From assembly GCF_000219725.1 (NCBI RefSeq), contig NC_015732.1, positions 2,484,972 to 2,548,971 of the forward strand: a stretch of 64,000 bases of DNA, written 5' to 3'. A program made the translations under genes and the position numbers. This document shows positions 27,977-38,045 of the stretch, one piece after another. Origin of the DNA: Gracilinema caldarium DSM 7334. GTDB taxonomy: Bacteria > Spirochaetota > Spirochaetia > Treponematales > Breznakiellaceae. Below the pieces are notes generated by a model. That model was not told where the DNA came from. It saw nothing but the letters and a program-made list of their open reading frames with translations, and ran no database searches. Each line of letters opens with the position of its first letter. The first letter of the stretch is position 1.

Positions 27977-29233
27977 TTATCTTCGTAAAGCTTCTACAGG
28001 TTCGATGTATGCACTTTTTAAGGATGGTAGCAATGTACAACAGGCAGATACTAACACACCAAAACCAAATCCTTGCAATAATATATTTGGAGTAAATGAA
28101 AGAAAGATGGTACCTGCAATGGGATAATCCTTGAGGCCTCCACCAGTAAAATAGGTAAAATCCATAGGGAACATCGATCCTAACCAGGTTCCTAAAGCAC
28201 CAATGAGAGTTCCTAACATAGCGCCAAAAACACTAAGATAAAGGGCTTCGTAAAAAAACGTCCGTACAATTTGCCATCGAGTAAAACCTAAAGCCCCCAT
28301 CATTCCAATTTCTTTGATACGTTCATGAATCACCATTAAAATAGTGTTAATGATCAAGAAACTTGCAACTACTTGAAATATGGTAAAAATGATTACATAG
28401 AGGAAATTGAATGATTTCATTAAAGCAATCCAATAGTGTTCCCTCCATTCTCGAACCAGTGCTCCCGGTCCTACGATAGATTGTACTGCTAATTTTACCG
28501 TTCCAGCCTGCTCATAACGGTTTGTATAAATAAAGAGTTGTTGTATGTTATTCTGCATTACAAGCACTTTTGAAAGTCGATCATAAGGTAAGATGATCAC
28601 ATTTTCATCATATTTAATATAATCAAAATTAAAAATGCCAACGATCTGAGGATTCATAAATTTATCAGAATATTGGGCAGAAATCATTTTAAAAGAAATC
28701 GTATCCCCTATCTTAACACCTAACTTCTTTGCCAATGTATAGCCAATTGCACATTCGTTGGATCCCAATGTAGGGAAACGTCCCGCTACAATGCCATCAT
28801 TGCGCTTTGTAAGATTAAAATGATTTACCAGTAATTCCCGTTCTGTATCTATTCCCCACACAATTGCATGTTTTACTGTACTGTCAAAAAGACTTGCATA
28901 GACACTGATTCTTGGAAGGGCTGCCTTTACTCCAGGAATAGATTCAATCTCTGATAATAAATTCTTGAGAGGCATAGTCTCATTAAGAGGATATTGAACT
29001 GGAAGATATTCTTTGTTTTCTTCAAAGTCTCGTGAAACCACAAGCACATGTCCTGTTTCAAAGGTACGTACTGCTACTTCCATAGCCTTAACCATTCCAT
29101 CAATCATGGAATTCATAGCAATATTAAAAAATACAGCAATTGCGACCGCAGAAATACAGAACCAAGTTCTGCGTTTATTACGCCAGATATTTCTAAAGGC
29201 TATTACAAGGAATGTTCCATTTGCAAATTTCAT
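27977..29233 (-). CDS. ABC transporter permease, FtsX/MacB/LolC-like (4 TM with large periplasmic loop)
   Basis: N-terminal FRNIWRNKRRTWFCISAVAIAVFF, a C-terminal FtsX TM bundle, and the typical ending VEALRR. Confidence 0.75.
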   Translation of the reverse strand: MKFANGTFLVIAFRNIWRNKRRTWFCISAVAIAVFFNIAMNSMIDGMVKAMEVAVRTFETGHVLVVSRDFEENKEYLPVQYPLNETMPLKNLLSEIESIPGVKAALPRISVYASLFDSTVKHAIVWGIDTERELLVNHFNLTKRNDGIVAGRFPTLGSNECAIGYTLAKKLGVKIGDTISFKMISAQYSDKFMNPQIVGIFNFDYIKYDENVIILPYDRLSKVLVMQNNIQQLFIYTNRYEQAGTVKLAVQSIVGPGALVREWREHYWIALMKSFNFLYVIIFTIFQVVASFLIINTILMVIHERIKEIGMMGALGFTRWQIVRTFFYEALYLSVFGAMLGTLIGALGTWLGSMFPMDFTYFTGGGLKDYPIAGTIFLSFTPNILLQGFGFGVLVSACCTLLPSLKSAYIEPVEALRR

Positions 29234-29242
29234 AATCTCATC

Positions 29243-30757
29243 CTATTCAAAACGCAGGCTGTCAGTGACTGGTAATTTCAGAGCCCTTATGGTTGGGAAA
29301 AGGGCTCCCAGACCAGAAATACTTGTAGCCACAGGGCCTATACCGAAAATAACTGGCCAATTCCAGGTAGACCTAAATAACCCCACTATTCGGTAGCCAA
29401 AATCTCCCTCCATCTCTCTTACCATTGCAGAATAATCAATTCCATATAAAACCATAGGAATATTGATAAGGCATCCAAGAACTATACCAAAACAAGAACC
29501 TAAGAAGCCAATCAATGATGCTTCTATAATGTACACTAGGAGTATTTCACTATCTATCATTCCAAGAGATCGAAGCATGCCGGTTTCTTTAGTTCTTTCA
29601 AGAACCGCCATCAGCATGGTATTTGAGATTCCAATAAACGAAATAATAAAAAGCAAGATTATTATTATTCGATTAGAAATATTATCACCTGTAGAAACAG
29701 CAATATAATCGGATACATATGATTTCCAGCCATATACCACTAAATTAGATGGTATAGGCAACCCTTTCTGCTCTATACCTTTTAAAAGACAGGACTGAAT
29801 CTGTTCAGGATGTTCTTGCGGACCAGGGAGACGATCATCACGGGTATTTTTAGACCTGATAATAAGCTCGGTAATATGTCCTTGTAACATCATGCCAGCC
29901 TCATCCTGAAGCACATCTAAAGGTATACATGCGACATTTGCGTTTAATTGTGGGTTTGGACAATTAATAACACCAACAACTTGAACATCAATAATCTGGT
30001 TGATATGTCGAATAGCTCCCGTTTCTGTTTTTATATCAATTACGGTAGCAATTCGTACCCGCATTTGACCTGCCTCAAATAAACGATTCCAGAGAAATTG
30101 CAGATCATCTTTCTTCGCATCAGAACGCAAGATAAATCTTTTTTCATCACTATTTTCTGACAAGCGGTACAATCCACGAATTTTATTTTCTTCTTCTTTT
30201 GTTATGGCTAGTGACAATAGATCTTCCTCCAACCTTTCAGGAGATAATATACGAGGGATCCCAATCCTTAATTTTTCTGCAGCCATATAACCAAGAACAA
30301 TCTCGAAAGATCCCTTATTGGGAAAGCGGCCTAGATCTATATAATTTGGATATCGTAAAACCGAGGATTCTCGTTCAGGATCGATAGCATAAAATACAAT
30401 CGGCGCAGAACCAGAACTTGAAAAAAGTGTGCCATTAAAAACAAAGCGAGGGGCTACGGCATACCCATTTTGTTCTAACACTTCTGCAATTGGCTCCCAA
30501 TGAGAAAAACTTTCATACATTGGTAATTCGTCCTTTATCTCATAGTATTCTTTTGTCTGAAGTTTTGCAGCACCTGTTTCAAAAGCAACAATATTTCGCT
30601 GAGATTCAATATTCATCCCAGCCAACCAACCATCGATAAAAATGTAAAGACCCACAGAGATTGCGACTGCAGCAATAGTGATAATTGTCTTAACACGGTG
30701 GCGGGTTAAATTTTTTAAAGCCATCCGGACAAGTTCAATGAGTACTTGTATTTTCAT
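29243..30757 (-). CDS. ABC transporter permease, FtsX/MacB/LolE-like, second non-identical paralog
   Basis: Same architecture with a larger periplasmic domain. ATGA overlap with the upstream ATPase gene. Confidence 0.75.
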   Translation of the reverse strand: MKIQVLIELVRMALKNLTRHRVKTIITIAAVAISVGLYIFIDGWLAGMNIESQRNIVAFETGAAKLQTKEYYEIKDELPMYESFSHWEPIAEVLEQNGYAVAPRFVFNGTLFSSSGSAPIVFYAIDPERESSVLRYPNYIDLGRFPNKGSFEIVLGYMAAEKLRIGIPRILSPERLEEDLLSLAITKEEENKIRGLYRLSENSDEKRFILRSDAKKDDLQFLWNRLFEAGQMRVRIATVIDIKTETGAIRHINQIIDVQVVGVINCPNPQLNANVACIPLDVLQDEAGMMLQGHITELIIRSKNTRDDRLPGPQEHPEQIQSCLLKGIEQKGLPIPSNLVVYGWKSYVSDYIAVSTGDNISNRIIIILLFIISFIGISNTMLMAVLERTKETGMLRSLGMIDSEILLVYIIEASLIGFLGSCFGIVLGCLINIPMVLYGIDYSAMVREMEGDFGYRIVGLFRSTWNWPVIFGIGPVATSISGLGALFPTIRALKLPVTDSLRFE

Positions 30758-31440
30758 AACTGCACCTGCTCTGTTTCAATCATTCCATCTCGTAATACAA
30801 TGATTCGACGAGCATATTCCATGACCAATTTGTCATGGGTAGAAAAGATAAAGGTACTTTTTTCTTTTTTATTTAGTTCCAACATCAATTCAAGAATTTC
30901 TCGCGCTGTTTTAGAATCAAGATTAGCTGTCGGTTCATCAGCTAGAATAATCGCTGGATGTTTTACCAAGGCCCGTGCAATTGCAACTCTTTGTTGTTGA
31001 CCTCCAGACATCTCCTTTGGCCGCCTCTTTCCCATATTGATAAGACCGACATCTTCTAAGGCCTTTTCAGCTCGCATCTTTGCTTCATTTTGAGGAATAC
31101 CGAGTAATGTAAGGGGCAGCATGACATTTTCAAGAGCAGTTAAGACAGGAATTAGATTATATGCTTGAAAAATAAAACCGGTTTTTTGCCGACGTAAGAT
31201 AGCCAGTTCTTTTTTACTTTGATTTCCTATGTTTTTATCTTCTATTTCAATTATTCCTTCAGTGGGAGTATCTAAACATCCAACCAAATGTAAAAATGTC
31301 GATTTTCCACTTCCCGAAGGTCCTGCAATTGCAGCAAAATCACCAGTTTCAAATTGTAAAGTAATACCTTGTAGAGCTGGTATAATCATACCATTTATAT
31401 GGTACTGTTTTACTAAATTACTTGTTTTAACAACAACCAT
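30754..31440 (-). CDS. ABC transporter ATP-binding protein, LolD/MacB-ATPase-like
   Basis: Walker A GPSGSGKST, signature SGGQQQRVAIARAL, Walker B ILADEPT. An AAAGGAGG RBS lies 6 nt before the ATG at 31440 (MVVVKTSNL). Confidence 0.85.
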   Translation of the reverse strand: MVVVKTSNLVKQYHINGMIIPALQGITLQFETGDFAAIAGPSGSGKSTFLHLVGCLDTPTEGIIEIEDKNIGNQSKKELAILRRQKTGFIFQAYNLIPVLTALENVMLPLTLLGIPQNEAKMRAEKALEDVGLINMGKRRPKEMSGGQQQRVAIARALVKHPAIILADEPTANLDSKTAREILELMLELNKKEKSTFIFSTHDKLVMEYARRIIVLRDGMIETEQVQL

Positions 31441-31462
31441 GAATGGCCTCCTTTTCATTGCT

Positions 31463-32539
31463 TTATTTCTTTTGTTGTTTCAATTCCTGCAATGCCTCTA
31501 GTCCAAATACATCCTTAACTTTTAATTCTTCTGTAATAGAGTTGGGGACTAACATCATCGAATTACCAGCCTTAAGGCCTTCATTTAATATTGATAAGTT
31601 TTTAAGCTTTAACGCGGTTTCATTGTTTATATAGATTTCAGCCGCTTCTTTAAATCGATTAGCGATATCAATCTCCGCTTCTGCCAGTAGTATACGACCT
31701 TTCTTTTCTCGTTCAGCCTGGGCAAGCCGGCTTAATGAACTCTGTAATTCCTGTGGGATTTGGATATCCGTAATTTCGATATGTTGAACAGTGATACCCC
31801 AATCAGTTGTTTTTATATCTACTTCTTTTCGAATTTGGTGTTCAATTTCATCACCTAGCTCAAGGAATGTGGTGAGATCATGCTTACTAATTGCGTTTCG
31901 CAAAGCAGTTTTTGCTGATAAAACTACAGCTTCTTCATAATTCTGAACCTCGCATATTGCTTTTTCTGCATCCCATACAAGCCAAAAGCAAAGAGCATCC
32001 ACTGTGACTGTTACAGAATCTCTCGTAAGTGTTGTTTCAGCAGAGAAATCGGTAACCCTAATCCGTAAATCTACTGTTTCAGCAATCTTATCAGCAATTG
32101 GAAATAATATAAAAACACCAGGTCCTTTAACTTGATGAAATTTACCAAAACGCAAAATGATAGCCCGCTCCCATTCATCCATTTTTTGAATACTAGGAGC
32201 AACCAATGCACCAAAGGCAGCATAAAGAATATAAATTTGTGGATTATTTACATACCAAATTATAATAAGGATACTCATGATAATAAGAACTTTTACAGCC
32301 ACTTGCCATCGAGGAAACAAGGTCATAACCAGTGTTGTCACAATGGGAGCTGCAATGAGTGCTAATGCATCGAGACCTCTAAATTGAATATTAGTTGTAT
32401 ATCGGAAAACTGCTGTTACAAGCAGCAACATGAGTAAAACCCCGATACCAATCACATGTAAGGAGAAATCTCTCTGTGAATTTTCCTTATGTACATTTTT
32501 AATATAGGGCTGCTGTTGATCCTTTTTATGAAACCACAT
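31463..32539 (-). CDS. SPFH/band-7 (stomatin/prohibitin-like) membrane protein
   Basis: Two N-terminal TM helices are followed by an SPFH domain (ILRFGKFHQVKGPGVFILFPIADK ... AQAEREKKGRILLAEAE). An AAGGAGG RBS lies 7 nt upstream. Confidence 0.8.
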   Translation of the reverse strand: MWFHKKDQQQPYIKNVHKENSQRDFSLHVIGIGVLLMLLLVTAVFRYTTNIQFRGLDALALIAAPIVTTLVMTLFPRWQVAVKVLIIMSILIIIWYVNNPQIYILYAAFGALVAPSIQKMDEWERAIILRFGKFHQVKGPGVFILFPIADKIAETVDLRIRVTDFSAETTLTRDSVTVTVDALCFWLVWDAEKAICEVQNYEEAVVLSAKTALRNAISKHDLTTFLELGDEIEHQIRKEVDIKTTDWGITVQHIEITDIQIPQELQSSLSRLAQAEREKKGRILLAEAEIDIANRFKEAAEIYINNETALKLKNLSILNEGLKAGNSMMLVPNSITEELKVKDVFGLEALQELKQQKK

Positions 32540-32541
32540 TG

Positions 32542-32943
32542 TTATTCCTCCTTAAATTGCTGTATTAATTCGATTAGATCCTGTTTTGTTCGAATTCCCA
32601 AGGCTTCCATCTCTTTAAAAAACCTCCCAATACATTCTTCTATTCTTTTTTGCCGTTCAGTCTCTTTTAAATCCACTTCTTTATCAGAAATATAGGTACC
32701 ACTACCAACTTGGGTAATGACCAAACCACGAAGCTCTAATTCACTATAAGCCTTTGCAATTGTATTCGGATTAATTTTTAATTCTATTGCCAGAGATCTA
32801 ATCGTCGGCAGTCGATCTCCAGGAACTAAATGTTTTGCAAGTATTGCCCGTTCTACTTGCTGGATAATTTGTCGATAAAAGGGAACTCCACTCACGGGAT
32901 CAAGAGAAAATGTTATTTTGCTACGTATACTTGTACTATACAT
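32542..32943 (-). CDS. GntR family transcriptional regulator (YtrA-like short subfamily)
   Basis: Winged-helix region VPGDRLPTIRSLAIELKINPNTIAKAYSELELRGLVITQVGSGTYIS. Only 3 nt separate it from the SPFH gene. Confidence 0.8.
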   Translation of the reverse strand: MYSTSIRSKITFSLDPVSGVPFYRQIIQQVERAILAKHLVPGDRLPTIRSLAIELKINPNTIAKAYSELELRGLVITQVGSGTYISDKEVDLKETERQKRIEECIGRFFKEMEALGIRTKQDLIELIQQFKEE

Positions 32944-32960
32944 TTAGTGCTATTGTATTA

Positions 32961-32974
32961 TTGTAATAGTACAA
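32961..32974. promoter_or_regulatory. 14-bp near-perfect palindrome TTGTAATAGTACAA immediately upstream of the GntR start; candidate autoregulatory operator
   Basis: 6 of 7 palindromic pairs, flanked by direct ATTGTA repeats, ~18 nt upstream of the GntR ATG. Confidence 0.4.
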
Positions 32975-32991
32975 TTGTCAAGTAAAAACAT

Positions 32992-33038
32992 ACAAAAAAT
33001 AACACAAAGGACCCCTAAAGCTATTCTTTAGAGGTCCT
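32992..33038 (-). terminator. rho-independent terminator downstream of fucI
   Basis: On the minus strand, AGGACCTCTAAAG-AATAG-CTTTAGGGGTCCT is followed by TTGTGTTATTTTTTG. Confidence 0.65.
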
Positions 33039-33097
33039 AATTGAATGTACGTATAAGCTATAATAGATTTTTAAAATTAACTTTCTAAAAGCAACCT

Positions 33098-34918
33098 TTA
33101 TGCATTTCCATATAGAGGCCCAAGGATCTGACATGCCCGGTAATCGGAACCTTCACTGTCCATACCAAAGGCACTCCAATAACTGGGGCGGTACACCCTA
33201 CTGATGTCCACATTGTGCATACAGACAGGGATCCGCAGGATGGAAGCCAGGGTAATCAGGTCAGCCCCAATGTGACCGTAGCTGATTGCCCCATGGTTCG
33301 CGCCCCAGGCAGCCATAACCGAGTAGACATCCTTAAAGGGACCATTGCCTGTAAGCCGCGGAACAAACCAGGTAGTTGGCCAGGTTTCATTGGTCCGCTT
33401 ATCAAGCTTATTATGGACATCCTCCGGCAAGGTGGCGGTGACCCCTTCGGCTATTTGCAGTACCGGCCCAAGGCCCTTTACCAGATTGATGCGACTCATG
33501 GTCACCGGCATTCCGCCTTCGGTTAAGAAATCCGATGAGTAGCCGCCGCCCCGGAAGTAGCCCAGGTCTGCATAACGCCAGAGGGTGGCATCCAGGCAAG
33601 CCCCAGCCTCTTCGGGGGTAATTTCCCAGAAGGGTTTCATGGCAGGCTTGCCATCCCTGCGCTGTTTGCCGGTCCCATCCATGGTCGTAGCCCCTGAGTT
33701 TATCAGGTGGATGAACCCCTGGGCCGCGACGCCCTCAGGTTTCCATCCCGTAACTCGCTGGACCGCTTCGGGACTCCAATAGGTCCGCACATCGGAGAAT
33801 ATCTGGGCTGTTCCGGTAAGGAGATGCCCGAAGAGCATAGCCGCTCCGTTCAGGGAGTCATTTTCCGTTGCTACCAGATAGGGACTGCGGATTCCGTTCC
33901 AATCAAAGGATGAATTTAAAATAGTTTCAAGGAAGTCCCCATTGGGGAAATGGTCTGTCCAATGCCGCTGTCCCTGGAAGCCAGCCAAAAGAGCATTATG
34001 TCCCAGGGCTTCTTCATAGAGGCCTTTCCGTTTCAGGTCAGAATTTCCAACCATCAGATCCCGAACAATCATGGCCATTTTTACACTGGTAGACCAGACC
34101 TCATCTTTTTTTTTGCGGTTGTGCTGTTTTTCCGGCGGATTGATATCCGGTCCTTCCTTGCAGTTTTCCCGAACCCATTCCAGAGCCCGTTTATATTCGG
34201 CTTCGCTGTAAATCTTTTCCTCAAAACGCCGGACCAGTTCGCTCATATCGACATACTCGGTCCGCATCCCCAGATAGTCCTGGAAAAAGTCCGGATTTAC
34301 AATGGAGCCAGCGATGCCCATGGAAACGGAACCGATGGAAAGGTAGCTCTTTCCCCGCATCCAGGCGGCGGCAATACCTGCACGGGCAAAACGGAGGATT
34401 TTTTCTTCCACATCGGCGGGTATTTTATCCGTATCCTGCAGATCCTGCACATCGTGGCCATAGATGCCAAAGGCAGGCAGACCCTTCTGGTTATGGGCTG
34501 CCAATACTGCCGCCAGGTACACCGCCCCTGGCCGGTCGGTGCCATTAAAGCCCCACACGGCTTTAATGGTCAGGGGGTCCATATCCATGGTTTCAGAGCC
34601 GTAGCACCAGCAGGGAGTAACGGTTAGGGTTACCGACACATTTTCCCGTCTGAATTTGTCCGCGCAGGCCGCGGCTTCTGCTACCCCCCCAATAGTGGTG
34701 TCCGCAATCACACACTGTACGGGCATGCCATTGGGATGTCGCAGTTTCGACTGAATCAAGGCCGCTGCAGCCTTGGCCATTCCCATGGTCACCTCTTCCA
34801 GGGATTCCCGCACGCCGCCAAGCCGGCCATCGATTGTGGGACGTATACCGATTTTGGGAAGTTCCCCCCGATACCGTTGCTCCGGTGGATTCATTTTTAA
34901 ACTGGCTATATCTGCCAT
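33098..34918 (-). CDS. fucI: L-fucose isomerase
   Basis: Collinear, roughly 65-70% identical by eye to E. coli FucI across the whole length ([57 protein letters not shown]). An AAGGAGG RBS lies before the ATG at 34918 (MADIA). Confidence 0.92.
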   Translation of the reverse strand: MADIASLKMNPPEQRYRGELPKIGIRPTIDGRLGGVRESLEEVTMGMAKAAAALIQSKLRHPNGMPVQCVIADTTIGGVAEAAACADKFRRENVSVTLTVTPCWCYGSETMDMDPLTIKAVWGFNGTDRPGAVYLAAVLAAHNQKGLPAFGIYGHDVQDLQDTDKIPADVEEKILRFARAGIAAAWMRGKSYLSIGSVSMGIAGSIVNPDFFQDYLGMRTEYVDMSELVRRFEEKIYSEAEYKRALEWVRENCKEGPDINPPEKQHNRKKKDEVWSTSVKMAMIVRDLMVGNSDLKRKGLYEEALGHNALLAGFQGQRHWTDHFPNGDFLETILNSSFDWNGIRSPYLVATENDSLNGAAMLFGHLLTGTAQIFSDVRTYWSPEAVQRVTGWKPEGVAAQGFIHLINSGATTMDGTGKQRRDGKPAMKPFWEITPEEAGACLDATLWRYADLGYFRGGGYSSDFLTEGGMPVTMSRINLVKGLGPVLQIAEGVTATLPEDVHNKLDKRTNETWPTTWFVPRLTGNGPFKDVYSVMAAWGANHGAISYGHIGADLITLASILRIPVCMHNVDISRVYRPSYWSAFGMDSEGSDYRACQILGPLYGNA

Positions 34919-34975
34919 ACCGACACCTCCTTTCAAGGCAATTTTGATGTTTGGATACCCCTAAAACGAAAAGTT

Positions 34976-36031
34976 TTAGAAGATCCTATGAGAGTTCACC
35001 GGCAATATGGTAACCGGCAGACGGACAATTTCCGGTTCTATTGGATGCACCGTTCCGGTGGAAGGGATCCTTTTTACTTCATCAATTTGTATGAGAATCC
35101 GTTCAGCCGCCAGCCGTCCCAAACCAGCTATATCCTGAGCTGCTATATATTTACAGAAAGGCAAGAAGGCCGAATAAGCTGTTTGATCAAAAGCAGCAAC
35201 TGCGAAGGAAGGTAAAGGATAACCCTGTTTAATGTCTTCCAAAAGGCGCCGCTGCATTCCCAGATGCACCAAAAGGTTCACCGCCACCAGGGCTTCCGGA
35301 GGATTCCGGCTTTGCAGTAGTTCATCCATCCGCTGATACCCGTCGCTTACCCCCATACCCCCTAATCGGATCAGGTCGCCCTCCACAGAAAGCCCCGCCT
35401 CAGCCATAGCCCGGCCATAACCGGCAAGCCGTTCCCGGGCAGTCGAAATGCTGATATCTCCCCCGACAAAAGCAATCCGGGAATATCCATCCTGGATTAA
35501 GGCCCGAGTAAGGGCCGCCGATCCTGTTTCATTTTCCGAGAGCACCGCACCAAGGGAACAGCCTTCCACAAGCCGATCCACCAGCAGGATGGGCATACCC
35601 TGACAGGCTAAGTGCTGCAGGTGGTCTCCCTGGGATCCTGCCGGAATGACGATGATCCCATCCACCAGACGTTCCGCAAAAAGGGAAATCCGCTTTTGTT
35701 CTTCCTCCACCGAATTGGAAGAAGAAGCAACAAGAAGGGTATATCCTGCCTGTTCAAGGATGCAGTCCATAGCTTCGGTGAGTTCCATAAAAAAATCGTT
35801 AGACAGTTCCGGAGCAATCACCGCTACGGTCTTGGTGGATTTTGTTTTTAGACTCCGGGCTACATGGTTTATCGTAAAATGCAACTCTTCTGCAGCAGTA
35901 AGAACTTTCTGACGGGTTTCCGCCGTTACCAGATGGGAAAGGTCCGGATCAAAGCAACGGGAAACCGTGGCTGTAGAAACCCCTGCCAGGGCCGCTACAT
36001 CCCGGACCGTGGCATGTTGCCTGCGGCTCAC
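34976..36031 (-). CDS. LacI family transcriptional regulator
   Basis: HTH ATVRDVAALAGVSTATVSRCF plus a sugar-binding-like domain. ATGA-type overlap with the upstream AEC gene. Confidence 0.85.
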   Translation of the reverse strand: MSRRQHATVRDVAALAGVSTATVSRCFDPDLSHLVTAETRQKVLTAAEELHFTINHVARSLKTKSTKTVAVIAPELSNDFFMELTEAMDCILEQAGYTLLVASSSNSVEEEQKRISLFAERLVDGIIVIPAGSQGDHLQHLACQGMPILLVDRLVEGCSLGAVLSENETGSAALTRALIQDGYSRIAFVGGDISISTARERLAGYGRAMAEAGLSVEGDLIRLGGMGVSDGYQRMDELLQSRNPPEALVAVNLLVHLGMQRRLLEDIKQGYPLPSFAVAAFDQTAYSAFLPFCKYIAAQDIAGLGRLAAERILIQIDEVKRIPSTGTVHPIEPEIVRLPVTILPVNSHRIF

Positions 36032-37011
36032 TAAAGCACCCCTGAAAGCAACCCTGCGTTATTCCCCCATATAAGGGCAATTATAAAGGCAAGCAAAAGA
36101 GCCACCAGGGTGTGCAAGGAGAGGACGGTGCTAATAAAAGCTCCATCCTCATTATTTGTTTTAAAAACCGGAATGATAAAGGGCGGCGGCAGTATGAAGA
36201 GGGTCATCAACGCTAAGGCTTGCAGGGGACCATAACCAAGACGGGGCAGTATCAGGAGGGTTATCCCTAAACCGACCAGGATAACCGCAACCAGCCGGCT
36301 TATAATAAGCAGTACACTTTTGCCCAGGTTCTGCAACGAAAGATCCTTAAGCCCAAAGCCTACTACAAGAGATACCAGGGGAGTGGTCATTGAGCCTATG
36401 GTACTAAACAGCGGATATAAAAATCCCCTATCCCCCCAGGGAAGATTTTGAGCCTGAGGAACAAAGGTTGATGAAATGAGGCCTGAAATAATGGCTATCA
36501 TGACCGGAGATTTGAGCATACCAAGAACTATTGTTCCTAAAGACTGCCGGCCCCGCTGGTGAGGCTTTATATGTTCCGTCTGCAGCTGAAACATCAGGAT
36601 GGTGAACACATAGAGAACCTGTCCAAGATCGGCTGATGCAAAAGCTGGAAGGGCTTGCGTTCCATACAGGGTTGTAAAAAGGGCATAGCCCAGCATTCCT
36701 GCCTCGAAACCTTGGAATAGAAAGACCGTAGTTTGCCTTGGCAGTGAAAAAAGCTTTGCAGGGATAATGGCAGCAAATCCCAGTAAACCACAGGAAACAA
36801 ATACGGACAATGCTAATATCCCAAGCCGGCCATTTATGGAGATACGAGAAAAGGCGAGAAAAAGCAAAGCCGGCAGACTGATAGAAGACACAATCCGTTT
36901 AAGTCCCTCTATCATTGAAAAAGTGATATACTCTCGCTTCCCTAAAACAGCTCCCAGCAGGACAAGCACTATAATTGGTAAAAATTGAGATAACAGGCCC
37001 AGTTCATCCAT
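36031..37011 (-). CDS. AEC (auxin efflux carrier) family membrane transporter
   Basis: About 10 TM segments with typical AEC N-terminal (FLPIIVLVLLGAVLGK) and C-terminal halves. Confidence 0.75.
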   Translation of the reverse strand: MDELGLLSQFLPIIVLVLLGAVLGKREYITFSMIEGLKRIVSSISLPALLFLAFSRISINGRLGILALSVFVSCGLLGFAAIIPAKLFSLPRQTTVFLFQGFEAGMLGYALFTTLYGTQALPAFASADLGQVLYVFTILMFQLQTEHIKPHQRGRQSLGTIVLGMLKSPVMIAIISGLISSTFVPQAQNLPWGDRGFLYPLFSTIGSMTTPLVSLVVGFGLKDLSLQNLGKSVLLIISRLVAVILVGLGITLLILPRLGYGPLQALALMTLFILPPPFIIPVFKTNNEDGAFISTVLSLHTLVALLLAFIIALIWGNNAGLLSGVL

Positions 37012-37043
37012 GTAATCGTTTACACCTTATCACTATTGAGTGG

Positions 37044-37481
37044 TCATCGAGATACTGGAATAACACCTTTTTTTAGAATGATATTCCCGTATTTTACGGT
37101 TTCACCGGTCATAACCACCGCGAAGGCCTTTTTTGCCCTTTCATAAAAAGCAAATCGCTCCATCCGTTCAGTAGGAGGAGTTCCAGGCCAGCGACGGTCG
37201 ATAACCTCCCGGTAAGAACGTTCAACTGAAAGATCAAGTTCGTCCCCAGGAACTGGTTGCATCATAACAACCGGATGTTCCACATAGGAATCCAGATTGA
37301 TCAACGCAAGTATGCCATCCAACAGGTCGGGAATCCTCAATCCATCAGCCCGTATCACCCTTGAATTAAGGGAATCACCAGTAAAAAAAGCATCGGCCAG
37401 CACTATTTCGTCACCATGTCCCATCCGGAAGAGAGTATCCAATAGATCAGGGCCAATTACCGGGGAAATACCAATAAGCAT
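37044..37481 (-). CDS. fucU: L-fucose mutarotase (RbsD/FucU family)
   Basis: The 146-aa product aligns along its length with E. coli FucU (GISPVIGPDLLDTLFRMGHGDEIVLADAFF, IRADGL, FAFYERAKKAFAVVMTGE, KYGNIILKKGV). An AGGAGG RBS lies 6 nt before the ATG at 37481. Confidence 0.88.
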   Translation of the reverse strand: MLIGISPVIGPDLLDTLFRMGHGDEIVLADAFFTGDSLNSRVIRADGLRIPDLLDGILALINLDSYVEHPVVMMQPVPGDELDLSVERSYREVIDRRWPGTPPTERMERFAFYERAKKAFAVVMTGETVKYGNIILKKGVIPVSR

Positions 37482-37554
37482 AACTACCTCCTGTATGATA
37501 GTATCATCAGCCTGAAATAAGGAATTGTCAAGCAAAAATGTAATCGATTACATT

Positions 37555-37941
37555 TTATGTACAAGTCTGGTATATGAAAACAGACACTTCAGGGGCGGAT
37601 ATGGTAGACATCGTAGGTTCCATCCAGACCTTTAAAGGCATGGGTGGATCGAAACACCCTGAATACCGGCTGCCATAGTAACCATAGTTCCAAGTTAAAT
37701 AATACTCACGCAGAGCCTGCTGGGCTTCGATTGCGACTTGAATGGTATGGCGGGAGTCGATTAAAAAGCCCATGACCGCATCCCCAATGGTTTTGACCGG
37801 AAGGCCATTATATTTTTCAATGTATTTAAAAAGTATCCTAAAATGTTCCCGTACAAGACCAACGGCTTTGGCATCCCCTAAATCGGAATACAATCTGGTT
37901 GAACCTTTTATATCGATAAACAGGATGGTACTGATCATCAA
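37555..37941 (-). CDS. truncated class III nucleotidyl cyclase (CHD) domain ORF, 128 aa; likely a decayed gene
   Basis: The N-terminal half has CHD motifs (ILFIDIKGSTRL, KTIGDAVMGF). The C-terminal half lacks the second catalytic region and looks frameshifted. Confidence 0.4.
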   Translation of the reverse strand: MMISTILFIDIKGSTRLYSDLGDAKAVGLVREHFRILFKYIEKYNGLPVKTIGDAVMGFLIDSRHTIQVAIEAQQALREYYLTWNYGYYGSRYSGCFDPPMPLKVWMEPTMSTISAPEVSVFIYQTCT

Positions 37942-38045
37942 TTCCAGACTCTAATCCTGAGGAAGGGTCTCACTTCCAAATATCTCCCGGTACAGGGGAT
38001 GTTGCAGTACATCCAGCTCTACAAGAATAAGATCTTAATTTACCT

